Source: a virus (lineage: Duplodnaviria > Caudoviricetes). Taken from it: DNA of 64,000 nt. The stretch spans positions 64,001-128,000 of the IMG/VR virus record IMGVR_UViG_3300020375_000001; one strand, given 5' to 3'. The position numbers and the translations under genes are program-made. Each line of letters begins with the position of its first letter. The first letter of the stretch is position 1. The notes beneath the pieces are model-generated. The model saw nothing but the letters and a program-made list of their open reading frames with translations, was not told the DNA's origin and made no database searches. Of the stretch, positions 9,891 through 19,813 are shown in pieces.

Positions 9891-10499
9891 TTACAGTCTG
9901 TCGTTTAGAGGAGACGTTGTATCCTCACGACGGCGCTTCATCAACAAACGTTGTGCACCCCAAGCTGCCTTGATATCCACTTGTTGCGTAAACGTCAAAT
10001 CATCTTCTGCGTTTACATGCGACTCGTAGTAACTGGTACAGCAGCCACCGCCCTCTTCGTCTTCCATAAAGATACCGTCAGTAACACGACGATAATCTGC
10101 ATGGTCTTCGCCGATGCGGTTAGGTTCCCAATCATCATAAGTTTTAGAATAACCATCACAAATTTGTTGGTTACGCATCTCACGAATTTCAGGGTCGGCC
10201 ATAAGCCAACGTTGCATAGTAAGTTTAGCTTGCTGTAGAGCACCCACGTCACCAACATACTTGATGTCGTCAGTGTCCCATGCATGGCGAAACTTACGCG
10301 CCAGAGCTTCGGTACGACGGTATGCTTCTTCACTAGTTGCTCGTTCTACAAGCTCCCGCTTTTCTTCGAAGAAACTACGACCGGCTTCCGTTAAGTTTTC
10401 CCAACCTTGTGTAAACTGGTTCTTAACAAAGTCGATTGTACCTTTGTGAGGCAGCCCGTAGACTGAAGCATCGAATGCGTCGAGGCTATCTATCTGCAT
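9891..10499 (-). CDS. Conserved jumbo-phage hypothetical protein
   Basis: 202 aa, AGGA SD, preceded by TAC-N15-TATAG promoter. Confidence 0.7.
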   Translation of the reverse strand: MQIDSLDAFDASVYGLPHKGTIDFVKNQFTQGWENLTEAGRSFFEEKRELVERATSEEAYRRTEALARKFRHAWDTDDIKYVGDVGALQQAKLTMQRWLMADPEIREMRNQQICDGYSKTYDDWEPNRIGEDHADYRRVTDGIFMEDEEGGGCCTSYYESHVNAEDDLTFTQQVDIKAAWGAQRLLMKRRREDTTSPLNDRL

Positions 10500-10537
10500 A
10501 TCCTACCTTTCCTTTTATTTCGTTAAAGTTTGCCCAC

Positions 10538-10565
10538 CTATAAAGATAGGCAAGGGTGTAATTTT
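10538..10565 (-). promoter_or_regulatory. Putative middle-type promoter (AAAATTACAC-N13-TATAG)
   Basis: Upstream of 9891..10499. Confidence 0.6.
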
Positions 10566-11718
10566 ACGACTCATTATCCGCGTTTACTTCATCAAAGAAC
10601 GTTTCCAATTCATCTAAGCGACGATTAATATCATCGTTCAGGTGACTGATTAGTTCCAGATTAAAGTGGTTAATCGGGATAAAGATGATACTGCGGTGAA
10701 CTCGCACCGTCTCATCGTCCCATACACCTTCAACATCGTCTGGTATGTCATCTGGATGATATATGGCTAAACGTGCTTTGAATCTATCTTTTACAAACGC
10801 CACGGTCTTTTTACACAATAATTCAGAGTCCGACTTAATCGAACATAAGGGATTGTACAGTTCCGCATTTTCATTGTAGCAGACAGCATATACCTTCATC
10901 TCATCTTCAGACATTGTGCGCGGTGCACGATACAAGAAGAATGGATTGTTAGGTAGTTGGTCACGTACGCTAGGGAAGTTAGTTGCAGCTGCAATCAAAA
11001 CGTCTTTTGGAATGTCCGTTTCCAGATTATGAAAATCAAAGTCCAGTCCAATAGAGTCCAGATAACTATTGACGTTATCCTCTATCTCCCCAGTAACCTC
11101 TTGCACGTAAATATCCATAAGGCGATTGTTCTCCGTCAGGTATTCTTCAATCTCAGGGTCTTGGGGTTCGTAGATTTTGCAATCCGCGTAAGGTGCAATT
11201 TGTTCTTCCAACGAAATGCCTTCTTCATACGCCCATACCACCTGAACAAAGCGATACGGTAACATCTGACCATGAAATTTCTCTACCTCACATTCCTCAC
11301 GGATAATAAAGGTGGCGTAGTCTACAACATGTCCACTATCTTCCAATAATGGATTACGAATCTTTTCATCGTCATGTGTTTCTGGCGGTGACCATAGCAA
11401 CTTTGCATTGTCTATATCAAACAACACTTTAGGGTCAGTCTCATCACTGAGTGTAAGGGCTTTACCACTTTCATCCGCGACCATATGTTCAAACAGTGAT
11501 GGCGTTAAATTACATGACTGGTAACCCATGGGGAAGACCATCTTAATGTCAAGTAATCCCAGGGCAGGGCGATTGTGCGTATGCATCTCAACTTCAGAGC
11601 TGGTTTCAGATTCCACGGTATGAATAATCTGCTCTTTACGTAACAGTGCCGCCAAGCCGATTGCACAAATATCTTTTGGCATTGGGTTAACGGGTAAATC
11701 TATATTTAAAGTGTTCAT
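10564..11718 (-). CDS. Acidic hypothetical protein
   Basis: Probable start MNTLNID with AAGGAAG SD; lies in the interval where phiKZ encodes gp59/Imp3 (positional inference only). Confidence 0.65.
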   Translation of the reverse strand: MNTLNIDLPVNPMPKDICAIGLAALLRKEQIIHTVESETSSEVEMHTHNRPALGLLDIKMVFPMGYQSCNLTPSLFEHMVADESGKALTLSDETDPKVLFDIDNAKLLWSPPETHDDEKIRNPLLEDSGHVVDYATFIIREECEVEKFHGQMLPYRFVQVVWAYEEGISLEEQIAPYADCKIYEPQDPEIEEYLTENNRLMDIYVQEVTGEIEDNVNSYLDSIGLDFDFHNLETDIPKDVLIAAATNFPSVRDQLPNNPFFLYRAPRTMSEDEMKVYAVCYNENAELYNPLCSIKSDSELLCKKTVAFVKDRFKARLAIYHPDDIPDDVEGVWDDETVRVHRSIIFIPINHFNLELISHLNDDINRRLDELETFFDEVNADNES

Positions 11719-11764
11719 TAGTCTTCCTTTTATTTTAACTAATAAAGGTAGGGGAATTTCACCC

Positions 11765-12331
11765 CTACTCAATGTCGCCTAACTTATTCTTTACCTCATT
11801 CAAGGTATACATCCCCACAATGGGTTTGTGTTCCATGAAATCGTCTGACAATAAGCCACGCATGATTAACAAATCGTTGACGTTAACTGACTCTGGGTTA
11901 TCTACCTTAGAACGCCCACAGAGGACGTAGGGGTAGTGAGACATGAAATCTAGTAGTACCGCTCGGGTAACCAATTTCGTATCCTGTCGCCAGTGTACAG
12001 CGTCATGCATGAAGATGGTTGGTGCTTCAAATATCGTGGGGTATTTAGAACCCTTATCGCGATACAGTCCGACCCAACTATCTTCTTCTTTTAACACGCG
12101 GTCTAATCCTACCTTTGCACGCATTACGTACGGCAGTATATAGACGCTAATCTGGGATTCGCTCCACCGGTTGAGCTTAGCAATAGAAACGAATCGTTCA
12201 GTAGCACATGTTACAACATCATCCATTTTGAAAAATGTTCTTAGTACATCCATTTGCGGTTTGAGTGCCTCTAAAAGAGTTTCCTTAAATCGCCTGTAGT
12301 ACCGTACTTCTTTTTCTACGCCTTCAACCAT
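11765..12331 (-). CDS. Hypothetical protein
   Basis: 188-aa ORF with GGAG SD. Confidence 0.65.
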   Translation of the reverse strand: MVEGVEKEVRYYRRFKETLLEALKPQMDVLRTFFKMDDVVTCATERFVSIAKLNRWSESQISVYILPYVMRAKVGLDRVLKEEDSWVGLYRDKGSKYPTIFEAPTIFMHDAVHWRQDTKLVTRAVLLDFMSHYPYVLCGRSKVDNPESVNVNDLLIMRGLLSDDFMEHKPIVGMYTLNEVKNKLGDIE

Positions 12332-12344
12332 GTTACATCTCCTT

Positions 12345-13064
12345 TCAGTATGTCAATAAGCGTTCCACCCAATATTTTGTTGTTGCAATGGACAGTTCTG
12401 CCTCACGACGTAACTGTTCCAATAACTCTTTGGTAAAATCAGTGTAGTGTATAACGAAAGTTCCACTTGAATAATACCAGCGGTAGTCGGGTAATTTGTT
12501 TAGGTGGTAAAACACATCGTCGTCAACACGGTCAAGGTTAACTACCGCGATGCGACAGTTAATGTATGTCTCGGCATACCCTACCTTCTCTTTACACAGC
12601 GCCTCTACAGGCATGGCATGGCGCAATAGTTCGCACATAGCTAAACTGTGTCGTTTAGAAACGTAGTCCGTAGAATATTTCACGGGTCTACTAGCAACCT
12701 GCTTATATTCTTCGTACCAATTCCCAATAGCCTGTTTGGCTAGAAACAAACTATCAATAATTTCTTCATTCACAATACGTCGACCAATGTTCACGTCAAC
12801 GTAGAGAAATAATCTAACACCATCAAAATAGAATTTAAACCAGCCATCACTAGCTAACTCATTGTTAGACATGAACTTGAGGATAATGGTTTCCTCAAAT
12901 AGCGGATTTATATTGTATAACCACAGTCTAATGTTTTCCATCTTAGAATGCATGTTTGGTGTAGGATGTATTGTTTTCAAGGGACTCACTGCGGCGTATC
13001 TAGGCTTCTCCGATAAACCTCTAATCTTAGCGCTGAAATCTCCTATTACTGCTTCGTTCAGCAT
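12345..13064 (-). CDS. Hypothetical protein
   Basis: 239-aa ORF. Confidence 0.65.
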   Translation of the reverse strand: MLNEAVIGDFSAKIRGLSEKPRYAAVSPLKTIHPTPNMHSKMENIRLWLYNINPLFEETIILKFMSNNELASDGWFKFYFDGVRLFLYVDVNIGRRIVNEEIIDSLFLAKQAIGNWYEEYKQVASRPVKYSTDYVSKRHSLAMCELLRHAMPVEALCKEKVGYAETYINCRIAVVNLDRVDDDVFYHLNKLPDYRWYYSSGTFVIHYTDFTKELLEQLRREAELSIATTKYWVERLLTY

Positions 13065-13165
13065 TCCTGGATAATTCCTGTTTTGTTATTGTAGTTATGG
13101 TTGTAGACAAAAAGGGATAGCGAAGCTAAACGACTATCCCCTCTATGATATCTTTGTGAGATATT

Positions 13166-13411
13166 TTAGGTTACGATATTCACCATAAAACTTGAAGCCA
13201 GCAGAGACGCTAATACTCGTGCTGAATAGAATCGGAAATTGATTCTAATGCAAGCTTTGATGATTAAGAAAAGAATACATATCGAGTAAGTCTGTACCAT
13301 GTACTCTTTTCCCCATGACTCCGTAAGGATGTAACCTAGTGCAGTAAACACCAACACTATCTCAAAGAACTTTGCAGGTTCCCGTATATCTTTATAACGT
13401 ACTTTTTGCAT
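13166..13411 (-). CDS. Small membrane protein
   Basis: GGAG SD; 2-3 hydrophobic segments. Confidence 0.6.
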   Translation of the reverse strand: MQKVRYKDIREPAKFFEIVLVFTALGYILTESWGKEYMVQTYSICILFLIIKACIRINFRFYSARVLASLLASSFMVNIVT

Positions 13412-13423
13412 ACCAATCTCCTG

Positions 13424-13636
13424 TTATTCATTGGCTGTATTTCTACTACTGCGACACGCCCGACACCAGCTCTGCGCTATGCGCCTGCGATATCGTTCAC
13501 CCCGTTTACCATCTACCACACGAGTTCCGAATGCATCATCTAGCTCTCGTCTAGTACTTGCATATTCTGGACACTGTGGACACTGATGCGGTAGCACCAC
13601 CGCATCTATTATTTTCTCTTTCTTCTTCACCGCCAT
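13424..13636 (-). CDS. Small zinc-finger protein
   Basis: CPQCPE and WCRAC motifs; GAGG SD. Confidence 0.65.
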   Translation of the reverse strand: MAVKKKEKIIDAVVLPHQCPQCPEYASTRRELDDAFGTRVVDGKRGERYRRRIAQSWCRACRSSRNTANE

Positions 13637-13844
13637 CTTTTACCTCTTTTCCAATAAACAGCATTAAAAACGGGACGATGATAAATACTGCAAAGGCACA
13701 ATACAAACTAACCACCTTGAATCAACCCAATAGCAAAGTTGCTGATGGCGTGACCTATGACCGTCCCGACGGTTAGACCTATAATACCTAGCAACAGTAA
13801 TAACGTGATGTACGCTGCTGGTTTTAGTCGATAAAGTAGAGCAG

Positions 13845-14168
13845 TCATCTCTTCCCCTCTTGTTCTTTTAGTTTATCCCATAAGGCCAATCGTTCTGGAC
13901 TCATGAAGTAGTCATTGATGTCCCCGCCATCTCGACACTCAGGACATTCGTGAATTTGATAGGATGGGTTTTCCCAACCATCCCGTTCGGTTTCCGTAGG
14001 ACACTCACTGACTTTAAATGTTTTACCACAACTACCACATTTACACAGGTCAGCCTTGACTTCACTTGAATGTTTAGGTTCCGGAAACCCTTTAAATGTT
14101 AATTCATCGTTTGTTACCATTGAACCAGCTCCTCGGGTTAATGCGACCATCGTACCACATGACCACAA
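13845..14168 (-). CDS. Zinc-ribbon protein
   Basis: CKCGSCG and CPEC motifs; probable start MVTNDEL. Confidence 0.6.
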   Translation of the reverse strand: MWSCGTMVALTRGAGSMVTNDELTFKGFPEPKHSSEVKADLCKCGSCGKTFKVSECPTETERDGWENPSYQIHECPECRDGGDINDYFMSPERLALWDKLKEQEGKR

Positions 14169-14331
14169 ACAGAAAGACAGCCGACAGAAATAAACCCATT
14201 ACCAGTCCTTCCACTTTAGTCCAATTTATCTGAACGCCCAATAGATGAACGACGCCCATTAGTACAAAGCCAATGGCAAAGCCCAATACTACACATTGAC
14301 CATTGCTCAACTTACTTACAAACTTATCCAT
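14104..14331 (-). CDS. Small two-TM membrane protein
   Basis: Two hydrophobic helices; AGGA SD. Confidence 0.6.
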   Translation of the reverse strand: MDKFVSKLSNGQCVVLGFAIGFVLMGVVHLLGVQINWTKVEGLVMGLFLSAVFLFVVMWYDGRINPRSWFNGNKR

Positions 14332-14345
14332 TTATTGTTCCTTAA

Positions 14346-14384
14346 ACGACATAAGTGGGACGACAGCGCAATGCCATCGTCCCA
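14346..14384 (-). terminator. Hairpin plus TTATGTCGT terminator after the nvRNAP gene
   Basis: TGGGACGA/TCGTCCCA stem. Confidence 0.65.
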
Positions 14385-14389
14385 GTCAG

Positions 14390-15874
14390 TTATTGTCCTA
14401 CCGCTAAAAGGTTTTCATGCTCACTGAAGTAACCACACAGCGTAGAACATGTCGGGGCTGGAATGCTTACAATACCAGATACACTTCGCGGTTTATGCAA
14501 ATCCTGAATACCCAAGTGAGTAGACATGTTATAGAATTGCTCAAACAGTTTCCGGTCAGTGATAAGTAGCAAGTTAAGCGCATCCCCATCAAAGTCAGCA
14601 TTAGGACCTTTCAACACCAATACCGATAAACCAATCGTATTATCTTCAAGGTTGTCGGATTTGAATTTGGTGACGTACAATAACTGTGCAGACAGTCTGT
14701 CCAACGTAGGGTTACGCTGTAGAACAATTGGAATACCCTTCTTACCACTGCGTATTGTGGCGTAAGGGGATTCTTCAATCAATTCATTCAGAATCTCTGC
14801 AATCTCTTCATCGTAATGGTTAGCGGCCAGCGACAGTTTGTAAGACCGTTCGCGTGGAGTGTAACCACGTTTATCGAGTTTGTTAGTAATGTGGATACGA
14901 AACAGACCGATAGCCATTGTCCACGGCATGTGACATTCGTCGTAGTCGTGGGTGTTAGAGATGGATGTGATAACGCCACGAGCTGTGAACTCTAGACGAG
15001 AACCGAACACATGGTGTCGCGACATCCCTTCTTTACGCCCAATGATGTCTTTATAGTTAACCTTGTAGTAGTTCGAGATTTGCTCATGAAATCTGAATAC
15101 CCGGTTCTCTATCACCCGCTGTGAATGTGGTACATTAGCACCGCTCACACTACAGATGGCTCGTATTGCATCAAGACACTCAACCTGACTAGGGTCAACT
15201 ACTTTACCCGCCGTTGTTGTTTCAGTAACAAACGCAATCCGGTTTGGGATTGGTAAGTACTTGGTAAACGTCGAGTCGTAGTTATCCACCAGCAACTTAA
15301 ACACCGCATCACGTCGAATCTGTGTTGCTAGTTTAGAGTCACCGGTTTTACCGTAGTCGTTCTGATGTAGGTAGGTAATGATATCTTTGTAGTTATTAAC
15401 AAAGTATTCCCAGCCACGCTCAAAGCCCGCATTACGGAGATTATCAATTTTCGCTTGGTGCTCAGGATTGTATTTGTAATCCTTGTTGGCAAACCACGAA
15501 ATGAAACTGGTGTCTGACTTACTGAAGTGTTCTTGCAGAATGCTCCAGATATCAGGGTTACACAGATACGAAATTGACTCCGGTGGACGAATCCAAACTA
15601 CTGGATTGATGTCGCTACCAAAAATATCTTCGACTGGTGAATTACAGTGGGGACAGATTTTACCCTTGTTTGCAACCCCTCGTGTGGGATTGTCCGTACA
15701 CGCACATTTGGGGACAGATTCAATTGTGTCTCCATCGTACGTAGTAGTAAGTAATCGCGATAGCGCTTCGCGGCCTTCTATTGTTTCGGGCGAGAAGTCA
15801 TTCACGAACACTGGTGTGTAAGGTAAATCATCAAATACCTTTTCGTGGTTTACGACTCCGAGGTGATAACCCAT
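14390..15874 (-). CDS. Non-virion RNA polymerase beta-prime N-terminal subunit (phiKZ gp55-like)
   Basis: Zn motifs CAC/CPHC, RHHVFGSRLEFTARGVITS, QRNPTL and the catalytic NADFDGD. Confidence 0.92.
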   Translation of the reverse strand: MGYHLGVVNHEKVFDDLPYTPVFVNDFSPETIEGREALSRLLTTTYDGDTIESVPKCACTDNPTRGVANKGKICPHCNSPVEDIFGSDINPVVWIRPPESISYLCNPDIWSILQEHFSKSDTSFISWFANKDYKYNPEHQAKIDNLRNAGFERGWEYFVNNYKDIITYLHQNDYGKTGDSKLATQIRRDAVFKLLVDNYDSTFTKYLPIPNRIAFVTETTTAGKVVDPSQVECLDAIRAICSVSGANVPHSQRVIENRVFRFHEQISNYYKVNYKDIIGRKEGMSRHHVFGSRLEFTARGVITSISNTHDYDECHMPWTMAIGLFRIHITNKLDKRGYTPRERSYKLSLAANHYDEEIAEILNELIEESPYATIRSGKKGIPIVLQRNPTLDRLSAQLLYVTKFKSDNLEDNTIGLSVLVLKGPNADFDGDALNLLLITDRKLFEQFYNMSTHLGIQDLHKPRSVSGIVSIPAPTCSTLCGYFSEHENLLAVGQ

Positions 15875-15917
15875 ATGTAGCTCCTTTTATTTATTATACG
15901 GTTACTGTATCCCCTAG

Positions 15918-15935
15918 ATAATATATCTCTGAAAA
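15918..15935 (-). promoter_or_regulatory. Putative early-type promoter (TTTTCAGAGATATATTAT)
   Basis: 44 nt upstream of the nvRNAP beta-prime N start. Confidence 0.6.
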
Positions 15936-15990
15936 AAAGTAGAAAGCTAAAATAAGTAGGGAGTCCTGAGACTCCCTGTGAACGTTTTAC

Positions 15991-16407
15991 TTACTTCTTC
16001 AGAGCAACCGTCCAGCCTTTCACTGTAAAACCGCTTGGGTCTTTTGTCAGGCGGTTAACAACGGTATTGATTGTACAGTCACAGATGTGTGCGATTGCCT
16101 CTGCGGTATGTACGGTTTCAACGACATCACCTTTAGAAACGGTGTAGGATTTTGATTCTGCAACCAAATCTGCTTCCACAACTTCTACAGTCCACCCGCC
16201 GCAAGTATGTGTAGGTTCGTCACCTTCCAACTTTTCACGAAGTGCATCTACCGCGATGTCAAGATAACCATTGGTCAGGATGAACATGAAACGTGCACCC
16301 TCATCTACATTGGTCAAAGGATATTTGTTGCCGTTGGGGGCCACAACGCGTACCACTTTATCACTCATGGTTTTCAACCTTATAATAGTTAGTTTGTTTA
16401 CAGACAT
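15991..16407 (-). CDS. Putative NUMOD1/HTH-like DNA-binding protein, paralog of 16722..17117
   Basis: Two internal repeats ending GWTV; TAEAIAHICDCTINTV helix-turn-helix-like segment. Confidence 0.5.
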   Translation of the reverse strand: MSVNKLTIIRLKTMSDKVVRVVAPNGNKYPLTNVDEGARFMFILTNGYLDIAVDALREKLEGDEPTHTCGGWTVEVVEADLVAESKSYTVSKGDVVETVHTAEAIAHICDCTINTVVNRLTKDPSGFTVKGWTVALKK

Positions 16408-16468
16408 AAAAAGAAGTTACGGCGTATTTTTTAGCCAAAAAAAAAAGAAGGAGCTTTCGCCCCTACCT

Positions 16469-16762
16469 TTATATCTCCACATTTGTGAAGACGGTTATAC
16501 ATATTGATAGCGTAGATAACCCAACGGCCAATCTTGCTATAGGAACTCCTGAGGCATCATAATGTATCCAACACTCATCAGTCACGCAGACAATGAACAA
16601 GGTTAGGATTAGATACATGTTCATCTTTCCCGGTATTCCAAATATGTTCGCCAGTATAACTATAGCAATGGATACTAGCCATATCAGGTAACTTATTCTT
16701 CTTTCCGACCTCAGTATCATATTACCATCCCACATTTTGTTTCCGGTAGCGAAAACCTTCAT
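16469..16762 (-). CDS. Membrane protein
   Basis: Three hydrophobic segments. Confidence 0.55.
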   Translation of the reverse strand: MKVFATGNKMWDGNMILRSERRISYLIWLVSIAIVILANIFGIPGKMNMYLILTLFIVCVTDECWIHYDASGVPIARLAVGLSTLSICITVFTNVEI

Positions 16763-17117
16763 GGGTATTACTAAAGCCGTTGATGAGTGTACGCACCCTA
16801 GCTTCTTTTATTCCCATTACTCCAGCACATTCTTTAATAGAACTGAAATACCTTGGTTCATTGGTACTAAGGGACGTCACAACTACGCCAATTCCGGCAC
16901 GCCTTGCTGTGTAATCTACAGCTACTGTCCAGCCTTTATATTGATAATTACTGCGAGGATTACGTTTCAACCCTTTAAGGATGTTGTCGTAGTCTTCTTT
17001 CTGTAACTCATCGCTGACGATGACCAGTGTACGCACTGCATCTTCTAACGAAGGTAAAGCATGTTCCTTACCCGTTGGACTAATAACCACACCTTTAAGT
17101 TCAGCCATCTGCACCAT
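16722..17117 (-). CDS. Putative NUMOD1-like DNA-binding protein
   Basis: FSSIKECAGVMGI motif typical of NUMOD1; GWTV repeat shared with 15991..16407. Confidence 0.55.
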   Translation of the reverse strand: MVQMAELKGVVISPTGKEHALPSLEDAVRTLVIVSDELQKEDYDNILKGLKRNPRSNYQYKGWTVAVDYTARRAGIGVVVTSLSTNEPRYFSSIKECAGVMGIKEARVRTLINGFSNTHEGFRYRKQNVGW

Positions 17118-17400
17118 CCGCCTTTGCTACGTTCGTTTTAAGTTTAGCACGGTTAGTTTGTACGTTGTGCTGTACCGCCACTTTTACTACGTCATGTGGC
17201 TCAAAGCCTGACAGCTTACACAGAATTACCAAGTGGGAAATGGTCATGTCGATTGTTCCATCCATAATCGCCTTTGCCTTGACGTTATCGCACATCAAAT
17301 TTTCAGCAACCACGTCAACATTCATCCCCGCCAATTTTGGCTGAAGTATTTCACGTACGGTGCGGTTTATTCCCGTCACCCATTTTAAATTAGTCCCCAT
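17101..17400 (-). CDS. Xre/Cro-like HTH protein
   Basis: VVAENL...IMDG..DMTISHLVILCK pattern; AAGG SD. Confidence 0.55.
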   Translation of the reverse strand: MGTNLKWVTGINRTVREILQPKLAGMNVDVVAENLMCDNVKAKAIMDGTIDMTISHLVILCKLSGFEPHDVVKVAVQHNVQTNRAKLKTNVAKADGADG

Positions 17401-17429
17401 TTTACCTTCCTTTTATTTTAGTAAACATT

Positions 17430-17684
17430 TTAGGTTATAAAGCGATGTAAGTGTAGCGACGCTATGCAAACGCAACACACGATGATTAATGTAATCAGGA
17501 TACGCTGTGCTGTATACGGCTCAGTTTCCCCAATCATTACTACCCTGTCCACAACAACGGCTAGGAGACCCGTAGCGAACATGGTAACTGTCAAGTAGAC
17601 CGATTCGGTGGTGATATGCACACCAAGTACAGCAAAACAGAATATAATAGCAACTAGTGCTGTATACCTCAACTGCAGCCTCAT
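17430..17684 (-). CDS. Three-TM membrane protein
   Basis: Hydrophobic segments; AGGA SD; promoter at 17719-17746. Confidence 0.6.
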   Translation of the reverse strand: MRLQLRYTALVAIIFCFAVLGVHITTESVYLTVTMFATGLLAVVVDRVVMIGETEPYTAQRILITLIIVCCVCIASLHLHRFIT

Positions 17685-17718
17685 TGCACGATTCCTTCTT
17701 ATCCGTAAAAAGACCCCA

Positions 17719-17746
17719 CTATAAAATTACGGCGTTGTGTAGAAAA
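17719..17746 (-). promoter_or_regulatory. Putative middle-type promoter (TTTTCTACAC-N13-TATAG)
   Basis: Downstream of the chmA terminator. Confidence 0.55.
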
Positions 17747-17755
17747 TGTAGTTAG

Positions 17756-17789
17756 GCAAAAAAATAAAGGGAGCCGAAGCCCCCTTTAT
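17756..17789 (-). terminator. Intrinsic terminator after chmA
   Basis: AAAGGG...CCCTTT stem with TTCG loop followed by a T tract. Confidence 0.7.
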
Positions 17790-17809
17790 TCACGATTTAC
17801 ATGTTGCGA

Positions 17810-19705
17810 TTACCAGGTGGTACGTGCGTTCATGTTTTGGTATTGGTTACCACGACCGCCGAACTGGTTCTGCTGGTTGAACATACCAGAGTGCTGGTTA
17901 CCTTGAGAGGCAAAGCGCTGGTAGTTAGTTGCAGGACGAGTACCGGTAGTCATGTCTTGGTAGATACCTTCTGGACGTACATTTGCACCGGCTGCTGCAC
18001 AAGCTGCTGCCAGAGTCATGATGAAGTCTGAAGTGAAGTCCACACGACGAGAGTAACCAGATACGAATACTGAGCCTTCGCCCAGCAGACCACGCAGGAT
18101 GTTCAGACGACGCTGTAAGCGGAAGTCTTCTGGAACGTTAGTTGCAGTGAACGTATCCACGTAATCAGTAACTACTTGCAGGTCGCTTCCGCCTTGCAGG
18201 TTCAGCATTGCCAAGTAGTCGATTTCGCGCAGGTCTTTCTTGTTGCCTTCTGCGTCAACGTAGTAACCGTTGTGGATACGGGTTACGTCGCCAGTAAACA
18301 ACTGCTTACCTTTAAACATGTTGCTGAAGTTACCGTTAGTCAGCGTGTCCGCTGCATTCACGATTGCTTCAATCGCTTTAGGGTTACCACAGGCAGCATC
18401 GATGAAGATGTGCTGTACCCAGCTCATTGGACCGGCTTCTGCGATATCCATAGAGTATACCATGTTAGGGTGTACTGCTACGCCAAGCAATTGAAGCAGA
18501 GTCTGAGGAGTGAAGTCTGCTGATTTAGTATCAACTTCCACATCCGCCAGTGCTGGACACTCGTACTTAACAGCACCGATATCGTGCATGTCAGTACCTT
18601 TGATGTTGTAGTTAGGCAGGAACGCACGAGCCCAGTTGTGGTCTTCATCAAGTACCGCAGCTGATGCCAGGCCTTGCAGTTGAAGTTCCAGGCTTACTGA
18701 GTCCAGACCGTGAGTGATACCAGTCATGATGAAACGAGGCAGGTAACATTGAGTCGCCGGTGCAGCTTGTTGTCCCCAAGGACCTTGCTGTTGTGGTTGA
18801 CCCATAGGCTGACCAAATACGTTTTGCTGCGAAGGCGGCGCTACGTAGATAAGGTCCATGTAACCAGTTACTTCAGAAATCATCAGCTGTTGCTGACCCC
18901 AGCCTTCATCGTGACCACCTTGGTTAGAGGTAGCTTTCATAGCAACTTGAATGTCGCTACGTACGATTTCGCCAACACCAGTTTCAGTGCTAGTAGCCAT
19001 GAAGTCCAGACGGGCAGATACGGTTTCGTTCTGCGGGTCCCACAGTGCAACAGTGTACTTCTCTTCGATGCCACCCAGTACACGGTCAAGCAGACCGATG
19101 TTAGAGTTGCTTACGTCGAATACGACATTGTGCAGACGTGGCTCGTCTTCGTGGCTCAGGCCGCGAGGGATAACAATCAAACCGGCTTCATGTAAAGTAA
19201 CACCTGCATCAAAGTGACCAGACAGTACTTCCTGAACAATTGCCCACAGGCGGTCAGATTGGATATCACCAGGTACACGCTCAACTTCAACGTTAGTGCC
19301 GTTGATGTTATTTTGGCGCGGTGCCAGTGGTTCGCCAGATTCTTCCAGTACCAGGGTAGATACTGCAACGGTGTTCTCAATTTGAGAGCACGCCAGAATC
19401 AGAGAGAATGGTAAGCCGTAACCATCTTTCTCAACGGCGAAGAATTTGATTTCGTCAGCGCCTTCTTTCTTCAGGATTTCCTGGAAAGCTTCTTGGTAAG
19501 CTGCAATGTTCTTACCAGTACCCTGACGGGAGATTGAACGACGGATACGTGCGTTAGCACCGATGATGCCAGAACGTACCTTTTGTTGACCACCTGGGCC
19601 ACGACCTTCAGTGCTCTGAGTAGCTTGCTCAGTTTCACCCGCTTTCTTGAAAGCAGCTTCCATTGCACTTTGACCGCTTTGTTGCTTGTTGTCTTTAATT
19701 GACAT
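17810..19705 (-). CDS. chmA: Chimallin, major phage nuclear shell protein
   Basis: 631 aa (typical chimallin length); flexible N- and C-termini; between DNA polymerase and nvRNAP beta-prime N as in phiKZ gp54; strongly biased codon usage. Confidence 0.88.
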   Translation of the reverse strand: MSIKDNKQQSGQSAMEAAFKKAGETEQATQSTEGRGPGGQQKVRSGIIGANARIRRSISRQGTGKNIAAYQEAFQEILKKEGADEIKFFAVEKDGYGLPFSLILACSQIENTVAVSTLVLEESGEPLAPRQNNINGTNVEVERVPGDIQSDRLWAIVQEVLSGHFDAGVTLHEAGLIVIPRGLSHEDEPRLHNVVFDVSNSNIGLLDRVLGGIEEKYTVALWDPQNETVSARLDFMATSTETGVGEIVRSDIQVAMKATSNQGGHDEGWGQQQLMISEVTGYMDLIYVAPPSQQNVFGQPMGQPQQQGPWGQQAAPATQCYLPRFIMTGITHGLDSVSLELQLQGLASAAVLDEDHNWARAFLPNYNIKGTDMHDIGAVKYECPALADVEVDTKSADFTPQTLLQLLGVAVHPNMVYSMDIAEAGPMSWVQHIFIDAACGNPKAIEAIVNAADTLTNGNFSNMFKGKQLFTGDVTRIHNGYYVDAEGNKKDLREIDYLAMLNLQGGSDLQVVTDYVDTFTATNVPEDFRLQRRLNILRGLLGEGSVFVSGYSRRVDFTSDFIMTLAAACAAAGANVRPEGIYQDMTTGTRPATNYQRFASQGNQHSGMFNQQNQFGGRGNQYQNMNARTTW

Positions 19706-19780
19706 ATCAATTTCCTTTCATGTTTTTAAATCGATTTATTTAAAGTGTTTTCTTTGCAACGTTGCTGTTATTGCACCTGA

Positions 19781-19813
19781 ATGATATAGATGTGAAAACC
19801 CTTTGAATCGACT
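19781..19813 (-). promoter_or_regulatory. Putative chmA promoter (AGTCGATTC-N16-TATAT)
   Basis: Same element and spacing at 44390-44419. Confidence 0.55.

Noticed and set aside
13640-13848. Possible frameshifted membrane gene (a 46-aa ORF from 13848 followed by a hydrophobic stretch in another frame)
   Set aside because: Two small ORFs, a pseudogene and a sequencing slip cannot be distinguished; no slippery site recognised
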